Shown in pieces: positions 25,100-37,900 of a DNA stretch of 64,000 nucleotides. The position numbers and the translations under genes were made by a program. A model generated the notes under the pieces. That model saw only the letters and a list, made by a program, of their open reading frames with translations. It did not search any database and was not told the origin of the DNA. The DNA lies in contig LSRY02000055.1 of assembly GCA_001643675.2 (NCBI GenBank), positions 496,001 through 560,000 of the forward strand, in the 5' to 3' direction. Position 1 is the stretch's first letter, and each line of letters opens with the position of its first letter. The stretch is from Monocercomonoides exilis PA203 (taxonomy: Eukaryota; Protista; Preaxostyla).

Positions 25100-27480
25100 A
25101 CTTCTTAAATAAATGACAATGCATTTCATCCATCTTCAGCAACCACAGCTTCTTTTTTTCCTTCTTTAAGAAATTCGCCTGATTCGCGTACACGCTTATC
25201 AAATTACAACCTGTTGCTAATGAAGGCCAAAACGATGAGAAATATGGATGAAATGGTTTGCAGACTCCAACGCTCTCGCGCTTCCAGATTCATGAACATA
25301 AAACATCAAATAACAACCAACTTCTTCACAAATCTCTTTATAACCATAGTTATGGAATCAGTCTTTCCCTCTTTTTCTTCACACTATTGAATGCCGTTTC
25401 ATTGCTCCGTGTATGCTGAATACAATTGAGACAGAAGTTGTCTACAATGATTATTACATCATTCAAACAGCAAGCAGCCAACGAGTGAAGAGGAAGAGGA
25501 AGAGGAGTCCAAAAAGGAAGGATAGAACGAAGAAGAGTTAACAGAAGAAGGAGAAATCAAATTGTTGTGCTCAGAAAGGATATTATTATACAACGTATGA
25601 TCGATCGAATCACAGACCAGTGAAAGAGGAATTTGTGATGCTGTAGAAGAAGAGGAAGAAGAAGAATAAAAAGAAGAAGAAGGAGAAAAAGAAAGAAGCA
25701 GTTGATGTGGTTTGGGGCTGCTCATTGGCAGTGCAGCAAAAGAGAAGGAAGGCATCAGCTGCTGAAGTCTGAAAGAAGAGCCTGTGGAATAGGCAGAGGA
25801 AGATACAGATATTACCACACGGGCTGAACTGAAATAAACTTCTTCCTTCTCCGCTATTGTAGCTCGTCGTGGTAAATTTTTCAGTCATTTTCGCCTTCGA
25901 AGGATGTTAAATTTCTCCAAAGCACAGTTTGCTTTAAATGCTTTATTAACATTTGCGGGTCGCATATAAATTTCAGCACATTGAGCACCGTCCCTTATTT
26001 CTCGATAATTACGATGAAGAAGCGCATAACAATGATCTTCGAAAAGTCCGCAGATAAATGTGCAAAGATAAGAAACTCATGCAAAATAAAGCAGTAGTCT
26101 GGCAGCACTTTGTGATACTCCCCGTTCATCGGTTGCGTGATGATATGCCACCTCCTCAGCACACACCTCAGCACACACCTCAGCACCGCTGGTTCACTCA
26201 GAAGAAACGCCATAACACGTATTATCCGTATCAACTGGAAAAGAGTGGAAGTCGACTCCACAGAAATCAGGAAGATGATCAACAGGCCCTGTGCAGTGTC
26301 GCTCATTCCAGAAGCAATCACTGCCAATCTCTGCTTTGTCAGGTAGCTTTCGAACATGTCGTTCCCACAGCTCATCTGCAGAGCAGAAGAGGAGGAAATA
26401 ACACTGTTGTTTTTGTTGCTATTCCCACTTCCATTGCCGCTGCGTGGTGGATAATTAATGTGCAGTTTGTGGTTCACTTCATCTCTGGTTTTTCAAATGT
26501 TAGGCTGCTTGCATTTTTTCTTCGAAGGTTTGCTCTTTTTTCTCTGTTGTCTTTTCAATTTGCACTTCTTTTCCCCTTTCTTTTGACTACTCCATCTTCA
26601 ACATAAAAATCACTCTGCTCTGAACTTCCGCTTCTTCTACCACGTTAACAAGAAGAACCAAAAACAGAAGCAGAAGAAGGTGATGCTGTTGCATTTGCAC
26701 TTCCACAAGCCCCAGAAAACGACTAGATCCTCCACAGTGTGCAGAACGACTTTTGCGGAGCACATTTGAATGATCGCACATGATGATAAAACTCGCTGCA
26801 CAAGTGATACAGCTTCAGCATAGCACGGACACCTGCTTCGCCATGCAGCGAAACGCCTCCAAAGGAAGAGGTGAGGCTGATACAGCCAAGCAGCCAAAAC
26901 ACAGTCGATCTCTGCAGCTCAAACTGTGCAAAGGGGGAAAAAACTGCTGGAACGTCAGCCATATTGCACTCGCCATATTCAAAAGGAGTGTTATTGCGAA
27001 GGAGAGCTGGCTGCGCGAGGCATCGAAGTAACGATATTGGCTGTTTGTGCAATTATTGCTTCTGCTTTTGCTATTGTTGCTGTAACTGCTTCTGCATTTT
27101 CGGGATAGTGCTGACTGTTTGGCTTAAGAAGAGCGAAGGGGTTGAAAAAGGAGCATTCAGGAGCAAAAACAAGTCAGAGTCCATAAGTTGGATCTGCAGG
27201 TTATGAAATTGTGCTTGTTGACGGTGCAGCTGCTGCTGTTGTTGTTGAAACGGAACTTATTTTAATTGCATATGCAGAGCTTCATCTCTGTTCACGACAA
27301 CTCTGCCAATGTTATCAGGAGCAGAAGCCGGTTGAAGATGGTCTGCTTGAGCAGTCGCATTGATTAGAGTTTCACGTGCACGTTGAACTCCATTTGCTGA
27401 TCTTCGAAGACGTTGTAGCGGATATGAGGGCGCTGCTTGAAGAATGACGAGGCAGAAGAGGGGAGAGGGTTCATGGTAAG
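25100..27480 (-). pseudogene. Decayed large host gene (Gln/Ser-rich, helical-repeat-like)
   Basis: Protein-like fragments 26723-27052 and 25995-26477 with numerous stops and frameshifts. Confidence 0.5.
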
Positions 27481-27524
27481 ATGATGAAGAGGAACAAGAA
27501 GAGGAAGAGGAGGAGGAGGAGGAA

Positions 27525-27601
27525 GAAGAAGAGGAAGAAGAGGAAGAAGAGGAAGAAGAGGAAGAAGAGGAAGAAGAGGAAGAAGAGGAAGAAGAGGAAG
27601 A
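27525..27601. repeat. (GAAGAAGAG)n 9-bp tandem repeat
   Basis: About eight consecutive units. Confidence 0.9.
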
Positions 27602-27715
27602 AAAAATGGTGAAGATGCAGGAAGATGCATTTTAAGAAATTGAAGATGGAAAAGAGAAGTTAAAAGAAAGAGAGATTAAAGCAGGAGAACGAGACGGAAA
27701 TGGATATTTCATCGG

Positions 27716-29150
27716 ATGACTACTTCCTTCTTTGACATAAATTGCATTTATGAGCCTTTCATTCAAATGCAATCACAACCTCTTTCTCTTCAACATGATT
27801 TAACTTTCTTATCAACTTATTCGTTTGCCTCATCGTCTTCAGCTTTTTCTCGTACTGTTGTTGCATTGCCTCCATTTTCTTCTTCCTTCTCTTCTTCCTC
27901 TTCTTCTGCTCCTCATTCTCTCTTCCCTGTCATCTCTTCCCTCTCTTCTTCTTCTTCCTCTTCTTCGCTCAATTCCTTCTCCAACCTCACCATCTCCCCT
28001 TTCCTCTCCATCTCTGATGCCTCTTCTCTCCCTTCCTCCTCTCTCACCCATGCCTCCTTCACTTCTCCTTCCTCTTCCTCTTCCTCTTCTTTCTCCTTCC
28101 TCTTCCTCTTCCTCTTCTTTCTCCTTCCCCCTCCCCTTCACCGAGACCACCGATCGTCTTCATCTGCTCAATGAGGGTGTTTGTTTCGTTATTGTCGCAG
28201 TTCGGTCTCGGATCCACTCGAATGCCATTCAACATGGAGCTTCTCTCTCTCATCATCAGCGGCTTTTCTCACCCACATTTGGAGGTTAAAGAGAATGGAA
28301 AAGCAGAAGGGGAGAGAGAAAGAGAAAGAGAAGGAGAAGGAGAGGGAGAGGGAGAAGAGGAAGTGTTGAAGGAAGAAGAGTTTAAAGAGGAAGTCGAAGA
28401 AAGCAATGAACGAACAGTTGCTTATTGGGACTTTCTCATACACCTCCACTAATTCTGCGTGGTGGACTCATCAAGATACAAGACACACGTCGTCATCCAC
28501 CAGAAACCTCTTCCATGCAACTCGGATCACTCTTGTCACTCGCATCTCTTGCATCATTCGTTCCACAGCTCGCAAGGTGGCAATCGCACATCCTTAAAAA
28601 CCGAGCAAAAAGTTGACAAGCCGCTGGATGATCCACTGGAAGATCCCCCTAAGCGTCCTCTTTTTCTTATGAACTTGTCTGGAGAAAACTAATTTTAGGC
28701 AAAGTCAAAGAAAGATCAGGCGCTTGTTGTTTCTCCGACACTTGTTCCTTTTTGTGTGCAACCAGAGACGATAACGCAATGTGTGTTACAGGTTATGTGA
28801 GCGCTCACGTTCTGTAACAAAAGAGCCTAGCCGCTTGAGCTTCTCCTCTTTGACGAGGCAGAGGAGGTATAGATGCAGCTTTAGAAGAAGCAGAGCACAA
28901 ATATTTGCTGCCAGAGAAGGATGAAGAAACATTCATGATGTTCAGGCAAGCGAATCGCTGGGTAGCTCAGAGTTGGAGAGGACTATGAACTTCTTGCAGA
29001 ATCTACGGAAGACAAGTCATCGGAATTCAACAGCTCCGTAATTTTCAATACGCAGCTTCCAATGAACTTCTTCTTTTTCTCGATGCAGAAGCATGAACAG
29101 CGCCTACCAATGACAACAAATAATCCTCCTTGAATTCGATAAATCATCTA
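27716..29150 (+). pseudogene. Decayed Ser/Glu-rich host gene fragment
   Basis: ORFs 27716-28174 and 28171-28452 read as a frameshifted continuation; later stops. Confidence 0.4.
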
Positions 29151-30399
29151 TTGCATTGAATTGTTGATGCAAAAGAAAAATAATAGTAATTATTTCATTG
29201 GTATTTTTTATTTCGAGGAACTGTTTTTTCCAAAATAATCAACAAAAAGAAATGCAACAAACATCGTTATTTATTTATCAAAAGTCTTTCCCATTAAAGA
29301 AACACAAAATATTGTGATACATGACATTTATTTCATGTAACACGTTTTGAATCATTTTCTTGCAACAAAATTATTTGCGTGTTTAATAAAACAACACAAT
29401 TCAAAATATAAAAAGAATGTATATAAGAAAAATAAATAAAAAGCTTGATTATGCTTTTGATAGATGAAAGAAGGAAAAATTAAAAAAACCTCTTTTCAGA
29501 TTAATAATTAAAAATTCTATTCTGGTTTATTCAAAAAAAAAAATTAAAATGCAAGAATAATGTTATTTTCTAAGTTTGTGCTTTATAAAAACATTAATGT
29601 AATTTGACATATTATTTGTTATTTGATGGAAAATAATTGCCAGATGATCTCTGATTTTTCAAAAAGATTTTTTAACCAGTAAATTTTATTCTTCATTCAT
29701 GATGCCCATCTTGAGAATCATTCTTCCACATGGTTTGCTTTTGTAATTATGACAATTCTGAAAAAAAACTTTCAAAAGTATTGTTATTTATCCAAGATCA
29801 ATAGATATTTATTTCTGTAGGGTCTGTGTGAAGGTGAATAAGCTCTGTGATTTTTAAATTATGAAGAATTTAGATAAGGGTTTAATTATCTTTTGGCGTT
29901 ATATATAAATAATCTTGTTTCAATTTATTTTTCACATATAAAGCAAAATGCATAACTGAGTGAAGAGTGCTTCAAATATTTCAAGTCATTCACTCTGATT
30001 GCAAATGAAATGCTCTGATTAACTTGGTTTGTAATTACTGATACGTTCATCGATTTTATCCTTTTGGATTTAATTATTGTATGTTCTTTTGGATAAGTGT
30101 TTAAATTGTTAGTTATAAAATACATCTGATGAAATAAGTTGTGGAGAAAAGAAAACCAATGTGGAGAATTTCGAAGTGCTGGATAACGCCTATAAATAAG
30201 CTCCTAAAATGTTTTTGAGATTTCATTCACAAATCAATTCACTACTTTAGTAATTGAAGTTATTATCTTATGATAAAAATAAAAAAGGTTTTCATTTCCT
30301 TTTCGTTTGTCTTTTCGTTTCACTCCTTCGTCCCTCTTCTCTTGCTCTTTCACAGAGATTTCAGATTTTCAAAAAAAAAAAGAAATGCAAATCGAAGTA

Positions 30400-31760
30400 T
30401 TTTCGTTTTCATCGCTTTCCAAAAACGTCTGAGAAGCCACAAACAGGCTTCACTGTCGGTCGCGATGGTGTATGTGGAGCATCTTCTACAGAGCAGTCGA
30501 GGATGAAATCAAACAGAGTTGATGTGTTTTATACAACAACTGGCTGACTTTTTGATCTGATTGAAGAAATGAGAATCTCTCTTTGGAACTGCGCATGTGA
30601 TTCATGGAAAAATTCAAGAGACATTTTTGCAGGAGAAGAAAGAAACGGTAAAGGTAAAAAAGGAGAAGTAGCTGAACTTGGAGTTTTTTGATATCAACGA
30701 AATTGATCGATTGCTGGACTTTTGGCTCATATCAGATTTGGAGAAGAAAATTAGAAAAGCACATTGGTTCCGCAGAAAGCTGAATGTATCGACAAAATGA
30801 AAAAGAAGTTGGAAGCGAAGACTATATTGCAATTATAGGAGATCCCATCCAATGCAAAGCGCACATTTTCCTTCTAGCTTTCCATCACGACTTCTTATAA
30901 CCTTCAGTAATCTTTTTCATTTTCAAATTCACAAGCCCCAACTACCACATTTTTTTTCATCTCCGCGCACGTATTTTTTCTCACAGATCCTTTTGTTCTC
31001 GTCCACATAGCCTCTGTGGATCAACACCCTGTGCAGGCACTTTTTGGTATCGAAGCCCAATTCAATGTGTGTTGATTTCGTTCGATCTCATGTATAATCC
31101 TCTCTATTATCTGTAAGCACAGTGCAACCAAGTGATTGAAAAAAAAGAATGAGAAATTGAAGAGATGGTTTGAAAACCTTTGAAGGAATCTAAAGATGGA
31201 GCATCATATTTTCTAACAAAAAGACCGAGGACAATAGCTTGCATATAAGCCGAGAAGAAGCCTTTTCGCTGTCACCCATTGCACAGTAATCTTAAACATG
31301 CACAGATGGAACATACGCTGCAGTTGTAAAGGATGAACAACATTGCTTTGCTGATTGCTACTGATGCGCAAGCTCGAAGAATTAATTATCCACATGAAGA
31401 ACAGATTGTTGAGAAGCTTGCACCAACTGACACCGAGACAAACGCGCATCGTTCTGGAAGAACAAAGGAAAGTTCGAGAAGAAGAAAATTAGTTGTGTCG
31501 AATAATCATATGGATGAATTCCTTGCAAAGGTGGAATGACAGAGTACGATGAAGTTTAAACACATTTCTGCGCTGTTAGAGTGGAAAATGATAAGTGCAG
31601 CTGGAAGAAATTCAGCAGAGCAGATTGTGGCCGTTTCAGATTATCTAGTACCATTCTTCAAATATGTCGCAGAGTTGCTTGTGAATAACTTGGAGGAGGA
31701 TGATCGAAGGTGGATATTATGAGAGAGGCAGCGAAGAGGAAAAGGAAATGAATAATTATT
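30400..31760 (+). pseudogene. Heavily decayed coding remnant, product not identified
   Basis: Raised GC and short protein-like segments (31333-31539) between many stops. Confidence 0.3.
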
Positions 31761-32209
31761 GAGGCTCTTAGAAAATGATGCTTTGGCAAATTAATAAAAT
31801 TAGAAATTTGGTATTGAATATAATTTTGTATTTGTTGTTTTGTTTCATTGTGATTTATGTGAAAATTTGAAACATTTCATTTTGTTATTTGCATGTATAA
31901 AAGGAGCTAACTTTAAAAAAAATCAATGTGAATTTTATTCATTAATATTTGTATTCTCTCATAGCTACACAATAAAATTTGGTATTTGATACGGACAACA
32001 AAGAGAAACGAAGTGAAGTTCAACTCAAAAAACTTTAAAATTTTTCTTTTCTAATCTTTCTTTTTTTTGGAGCCCTTGGTTAAACAAAACAAACAACAAA
32101 TTAAGCAACTTTTCAAAAATTAGAAGAAAACACTGAAAATGAATTGACAACAATAATATTTCTCAAGGAATATATATTATCAACATTTTATTCACTTTTA
32201 AGCCCTCTC

Positions 32210-32760
32210 TCAAAGTATCATCCCTGTTGAGAATGCGACTGACTCCTTGGTTGCTCCCATCTTCTTATTCATCAGCAGCTCGGGTGCCTTCCATCTCAGG
32301 CACTCTTTTTTGAAACTATCTTCATCCTCAAATGCTGATGAGGGAAGAGAGACGCCATCATCATTACTGGTTGAAGTCACAACAGTTGATGATGAGATGG
32401 AGGACGAATCTGAATCATCATCAGAAGAACAATCTGAGTGCATCGCAATGCAGATCACCATATGTTCTGAGAATAGCGCAATGTCTGGACTCAGATTGGC
32501 CAATGACTGAAGTGGGTTTTCCATCTCATCAAATGAATGAAGCGCAAGATTAGCCACCCAGAACAGGATCTGAGCAGCTGTTTGTTCTCTTTCTCTCAAA
32601 CTGCACACTGTATAATCCTTCATCTCATATCTTGCAATAAGTTTTTTAAGCTGTGTATCTATTTGGTCCAAAGATACAATCACCTGTTGTCAAATGCTTT
32701 CTGCATCTTTTCAAAAGCTAATGTTTCACACCAAAAGAATTTCTAATTCGTTTTAGCCAT
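32210..32760 (-). pseudogene. Truncated C-terminal pseudokinase fragment of the receptor family
   Basis: 'LANLSPDIALFSEHMVICI...CLRWKAPELL...VAFSTGMIL*' parallels the C-terminus of the 13-22 kb gene. It stops prematurely. Confidence 0.8.
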
Positions 32761-33275
32761 TTGTTCAAAAATGATTGTTTTGAAAAAAAAAACAACTAAA
32801 AGAATAATGACATATAATAGAACATACATGATAAATACAATTTCAACGCAAATAATAACTTGTTTTTGATTCACACTCCATTTTCAATCAAGAAAATGAT
32901 TATTCAAATTGTTGTTCATTATTAACGAATAATGAATAGCATTAATCACCAATAAAAGTGTTGTGAAAAATTGTTTGGAAAACACACAATGAAAATAACG
33001 AATCCGTCTCGTATCATTAAAAATATGAATTGTTAATTAAAAATCAATATCCCTTTAATTTTAAAAATGAATAAAGCTATTTTGGTTTGGGAAAAAAAGC
33101 AAAAAATGAGAAATGTACTTTGCTTATGTTGAATATCAAACTGGTGCATAATCGTTTTTGGATATATTATTATTTATTTCATAAAAAATAATAACGGGAA
33201 GATCTCTGATTTTTCAAAAAGATTATGCCATATATATAAAAGAAAAAAAAAAAAAAAACAATTTAGAAACAAAAT

Positions 33276-33531
33276 GAGTGATTATTTTTAAAAACATAAC
33301 TTTTTTCGGGGTGTTGATTTTTCAAAGGTTGTTAGTCATTAAATAGAGATTTCGTTTTTTATTGATAAATTTAATGAAAACCATTTCAAAAGCAAATGCT
33401 TATGCTGAAATGAAGATGAAAATATTTTTTATTTGTATTCTTACATCTCAATATTTTTTTGTAAATTTTCAATTTAAAATCTCGAACAATAATTTTTTAA
33501 TGAAAATGCCTGAAATCATATATTTTGTCCC
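33276..33531 (-). mobile_element. Partial or chimeric member of the GGG-ended MITE family (~256 bp)
   Basis: The right end (...ATGAAAATGCCTGAAATCATATATTTTGTCCC|ATAT) matches the 22919 end. The left ~60 bp matches 47972-48036 inverted. Confidence 0.55.
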
Positions 33532-33732
33532 ATATATCCATAAATTTGATAAAAATAAAAATTTCAGTTTTGGAATATGAAAAGGTTTTATTCGATTGGA
33601 TAATTTTTTAATTGTTAATTCATGAAGTCATCGAAGTTTGTTTCGATTGCTTTTCATAAACGAATTGAGATTTGTTGATGAATCAATATTTTATTTGAAT
33701 TAAATTTTTCATTGTGCAGAATGTGTCTATCT

Positions 33733-34142
33733 AGTATATTCACAGAGAACGAGGCAAAAATATTTCAATGAAAAAAACAAAAAAAAAAACACAGAAAAAA
33801 AGAGCTTTGGAAGGTTTCGAATTCCCGACCTTTGACCAACTGAAAATCAATGGTCGAGGTGGCAAACGCTTGCGCCACTCGATCCAAAGCCCAACCTTAC
33901 TTTCTTATGACTCATCTTAAACATGGCTTAACCCTAACCCAAAAAATCCAAAAAATATCAAGTTTTTTTGAGTGCTAACCCTTAAAAGAAAATTGGGGAC
34001 ATAACCCTAAGCCCAATATCTGTTACGCTAACCCTAAAACCTAAACCAATCTTTAAATACAGTGATTATTTTGGAATTTTAACCCTAAAAATAAAAAAAT
34101 ACTGGGTCTGATCAAATCTACCCCGTTCTCTGTGAATATGCA
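33733..34142 (-). mobile_element. 410-bp TIR element with an 8-bp TSD, carrying TTAGGG motifs and a Pol III-type RNA unit
   Basis: TSD GTCTATCT at 33725-33732 and 34143-34150. TIRs AGTATATTCACAGAGAACG / CGTTCTCTGTGAATATGCA. TAACCC(TAA) motifs at ~33928-34088. Confidence 0.85.
33802..33892 (-). ncRNA. Putative ~91-nt Pol III (tRNA-derived or vault-RNA-like) structured RNA
   Basis: 10-bp closing stem GGGCTTTGGA/TCCAAAGCTC. A-box-like TGGCGCAAGCG and B-box-like GAATTCGAAACC. Internal hairpins TCGAGTGGC/GCCACCTCGA and GACCA/TGGTC. Followed immediately by an oligo-T run. Not a canonical cloverleaf. Confidence 0.55.
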
Positions 34143-34239
34143 GTCTATCTTTTAAATTTTTTTAAAGATTTACAAGTTTGCATCGAATTCACATCACCTT
34201 TCGAAAAAACTTTTCAATTTTGGGCAGTTAAACAGACAT

Positions 34240-35030
34240 ATTTGAGGAGAAGAGATTCTTCAGATGAATGTTGTGAAATACCACAGAGAGAAGATAATTA
34301 TGTATTCTACGAATGAAAACGCAACAGATAGCAAGCGATGTGGTGAATTCATTTTGCATTGTCAATAATTGAATCAAGAAGTATTTCATATAATTCGTTT
34401 ATCTTATTCTCAGCTGTTCGTATAAGGAAACAGACATGAAAGGTAAATAAGAAGCAATAAATGAAATTATTCGTTCATTGCAATCTCAATCAGCTTTATT
34501 TGTGCATCTGAACTCAACAGTTACTGATGCGAAAAGTTTTATCGCAACTTTAGGATATGTTCAGATTGAGAGATTGAAATTCAACTTTTAGCAATTCTTT
34601 TCATATTCTGGAAGTTCAATTATTCATGAAGCAAGTGGCCAGCTTTCTCTTTCATTTGTTGATTTTTCATCTGTTGGCCAATCAGAAAACATTGAAGCTG
34701 TTGTTCTGAATTCAACATTGTAAAACATTGAAAAATGAATTCTTCATGTTGATAACTGCTCGGTGTCTCTCCTTTCATTCCAGAAGCCTTCTTTTCTGTT
34801 AAATGGAGATGAGATTAATATCATAAATATGAAGTTTAAACACATTGAATCAATGGCAAATGTGTTTAATATTACTGACTGCAAAGAAGTTGTATTCAAT
34901 GGAATATCTGCAGATGGAGTGAAATTGTCTGAAGGTTGCATCATTCAGATTGGCGGCTCAACTTCGGGAACAATTTCTATTGAAATCTCCCCATTCAACA
35001 ACTGCTAAATGAATACAAAAGGAGCCTCTT
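34240..35030 (+). pseudogene. Decayed ectodomain fragment of the surface-receptor family
   Basis: 'NATDSKRCGE...C' module and beta-helix-like ORF 34763-35008, with stops. Confidence 0.6.
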
Positions 35031-35499
35031 CTATTTTTGCTTCTCCCCCTCCCTCTTTTTAACCTTCGCATTTTTCAACTTCTTCAACTTCTTTTCGCAC
35101 TCTTTGTTCAGAAATATGAAAAAAGATAAATGTTGTATTCTCAGTGTTAACAACATATTTGTTTTTTTCAAAAGGTTTTTGAAAGGAAATGAATGCAACG
35201 AGAAACAAAAGAAAGATGATGAAGAAAATGAAGAAGATGAAGAAGATGAAGAAGATGAAGAAGATGAAGAAAGGAATTAAAAGAAAACGTCAATGATGAA
35301 AATGTCATCTGGAAAATCTGAGTGTCGATAACATCCACTGCATACTCAAAGAACAGCAGCTTGTGTTGTTGCCATCGCTTTCTAACTCGGAGACTTCTCG
35401 TGCTGTAATGAATAAGTTAAAGAAGAAGATAATAATGAAGCATGACAAGGCATTCACTCCTCCTCCCTTCTTGTGCCATGCTTTTGAGTCTTGAAACAA

Positions 35500-37900
35500 A
35501 ACCACTCACTGTTAGTCTCACAGCAGCTGCCCAAAGCAGATCGTCACTTTTTCATTGTTCTTTCCCAGCTGTAGCCCCACCATCCTGAACATCACCCTCT
35601 GCACTTCTTTCTTCACCACCGTCAACTGCATAGACTCCACTGAAATCAATCACACTCGGCCGTCTAGCACTATCTTCAGCAGCTTTAGATGCCGGCTCGC
35701 AGTCTTCACAATTTCGCTGTTCTCCGATTGTGAAAGAGGCTCTCATCGAAAAGCAGCATCACACACATCTGGATGCATGAGGCACAGTATGAAGAAGTCT
35801 TTGCTCTAAAACGCCTCCAGCACCTACGCAAGCAACTGCAGACAACAACCAGATAGTATGTACGCACCCCGGAAGATCCGCAACGACAGCGCCTGTGGCG
35901 TCTGCGGGGGGCACACACAAAAGAGATTCCATCTCTGAATTTGTGATGCACCTGATATTGTAGACGAAGACAAATACGAAGACGAAGAAATCAAGGTCTC
36001 GCTAGAACATATGGCATCGTACAGCGCCATTATCGCCTTCTTTATTCATCTTTTTTTTATGCCCAGTAATTATTCAGCAGAATCTCCAGAAACACATACG
36101 CATCGATCTCTCCCTTCTCCGGCTGCAGCCCCTCAAACTTCCCAAAAAACATCTATATCTTCTTCTCAGACGCCCCTTCAAGCACCGTGTTGAAAAACAA
36201 GAAGAACTATAGCTTGTCTTTATTGAACTTCCCTGGCACACACTTCCAAACAGCCGCACATCTGCAAAGTCCTTCCGAAACAGCTCCACTCCGTACACCA
36301 TCACCCACCGCGCCGCCTCGCTCTTCTTCTGCACCGCGTGCTTCAACTCCAGCCACATGCACACAAAGTCCCCAAACCCCTGCCCACCCGACACTGCCTA
36401 CGCCCAGTTCTGCTGTGATATTGTCAACTCACATCTCCAAATTCGTCGACAGCGTTCACACCAGAGACAGCTTCAGCCCCGTCTTCAGCAGGATCAGCAT
36501 CCACTCCACCGGCATAGACGACCGTCGCGTGGGCGGCATCCGAAACATACGCACCGTTTCGTAAGCTGCCTGCCCCTGCGACTCAGAGACCGTTCTTATC
36601 AGCGATTCCATCACCTTAAACACAACCGGTGAAGACGCAGCATCATCAAAAGATGAGCCTGACTCAGATCCACCTGACGAACACACAAGCCACTCCGACT
36701 CTTCCTTGTCTCTGCTGTCTGTTGTCTGTTGTCTGCTCAAGAAGCATATTCAGACGCTGGCTGCAGTCGCTCACCCACCCCTGCCCCTTCTACTGTCACA
36801 GGCACACGGTCCTCCCGCTCTCTCTTGGGATCATTGTGCAGCAACAGTCAAATACCATACAACTCCTCTTATCTCTTTCTTCTGCCTTTTCACGCTCCTC
36901 CGCTTCCTCTCATTCTCAGCCTCCGCTTCTATTCCTCCTCCTTTTCATCCTCGCCCCATCCCTCTCACTTTCCCATTTCTCCTGTGCTCCTCCTTTTCTG
37001 ACCCCACCAATCTACCCCCGCAGCATCTTCTCTTTCAGCTTCTTCGCCTTTTCAGTCAGCTGCTCTTCTGCCTCTTCATGTTTCGCCTTCATTTTCTTCT
37101 GCTCCCACTTCTATTGAACAGCGCATTCTGCATGTGTATCGTCTTTTCCTGCACTTTCGACAGCACCATTCTTTTCGTATCTTTCGTTGATCCCAGATCT
37201 CGCTCCCTCACTTCCACCTCAGCCGAAACTCTTTCCACCCACCGTTGTCTTCTTCCAACAACACTCATCCTACTCCCAACTTTCACTTCAGCCACCTTCA
37301 CACACACGTTTGGTTATATCTTAGCAACGCGGCAATTTTTGACGATTGCTTCAAGCTTCACATGATTCTTTTAACACAGCTCATAAGGCAGAATCAACAA
37401 AGAAGAAAACGGAATCATCCCTCTTTCCGCTGAGGCCAATGAAGAAGGCGTAGCAAGCGTAATAATTAATTCATCAGTTTCCGCTTGTCATCCACACTCA
37501 CCACTCCACTCTGCTGCTTCTGTTGCTTCTTAACGTTCTCAGTCCCCACATCAATCAGCTCTGCCTTCTCCTTCATGGCCACCAGCTGCTCATGCAGATC
37601 CTTAACTTTCTTCACCTCTGCAATGTTCTTCTCACTCATCTGCAGAATCTTCCTCTAATTCATCCTTTGATCTTGTCCTTCTCCTGCAGCTGCTCCGTCA
37701 GTTCACTCGCAGGCTTCGATATCCGCTCTTCGTATCGGATCTTCTGCAGCAGCATGACGAACTTCACAAACTTCTTCTCCACCACCTGCTTCGCCTTCTC
37801 ATGTTTTTCCTTTATATTTTACTCCTTCTTCTTCTTCCTCTTTTGGTACCTCCTCATTTTCACATTCTTCTCCTTTCTCTTCTTCTCCATTTAATTCTTC
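35500..37900 (-). pseudogene. Decayed GC-richer host gene(s), partly coiled-coil
   Basis: Protein-like fragments 36456-36740 and 37089-37307 with many stops. Confidence 0.35.

Noticed and set aside
793-27095. TAA/TAG = Gln alternative code, suggested by in-frame TAR at 793, 8527, 9027 and within a Gln run near 27050-27075
   Set aside because: The ~2,900-codon receptor gene contains no in-frame TAR and ends in TAA. The affected genes also contain frameshifts or TGA stops, so ordinary decay explains them.
30400-31760. Decayed transposase
   Set aside because: No DDE or zinc-finger motifs or flanking TIRs could be identified with confidence.
33802-33892. Canonical tRNA gene
   Set aside because: No standard 7-bp acceptor/D/anticodon geometry could be built.
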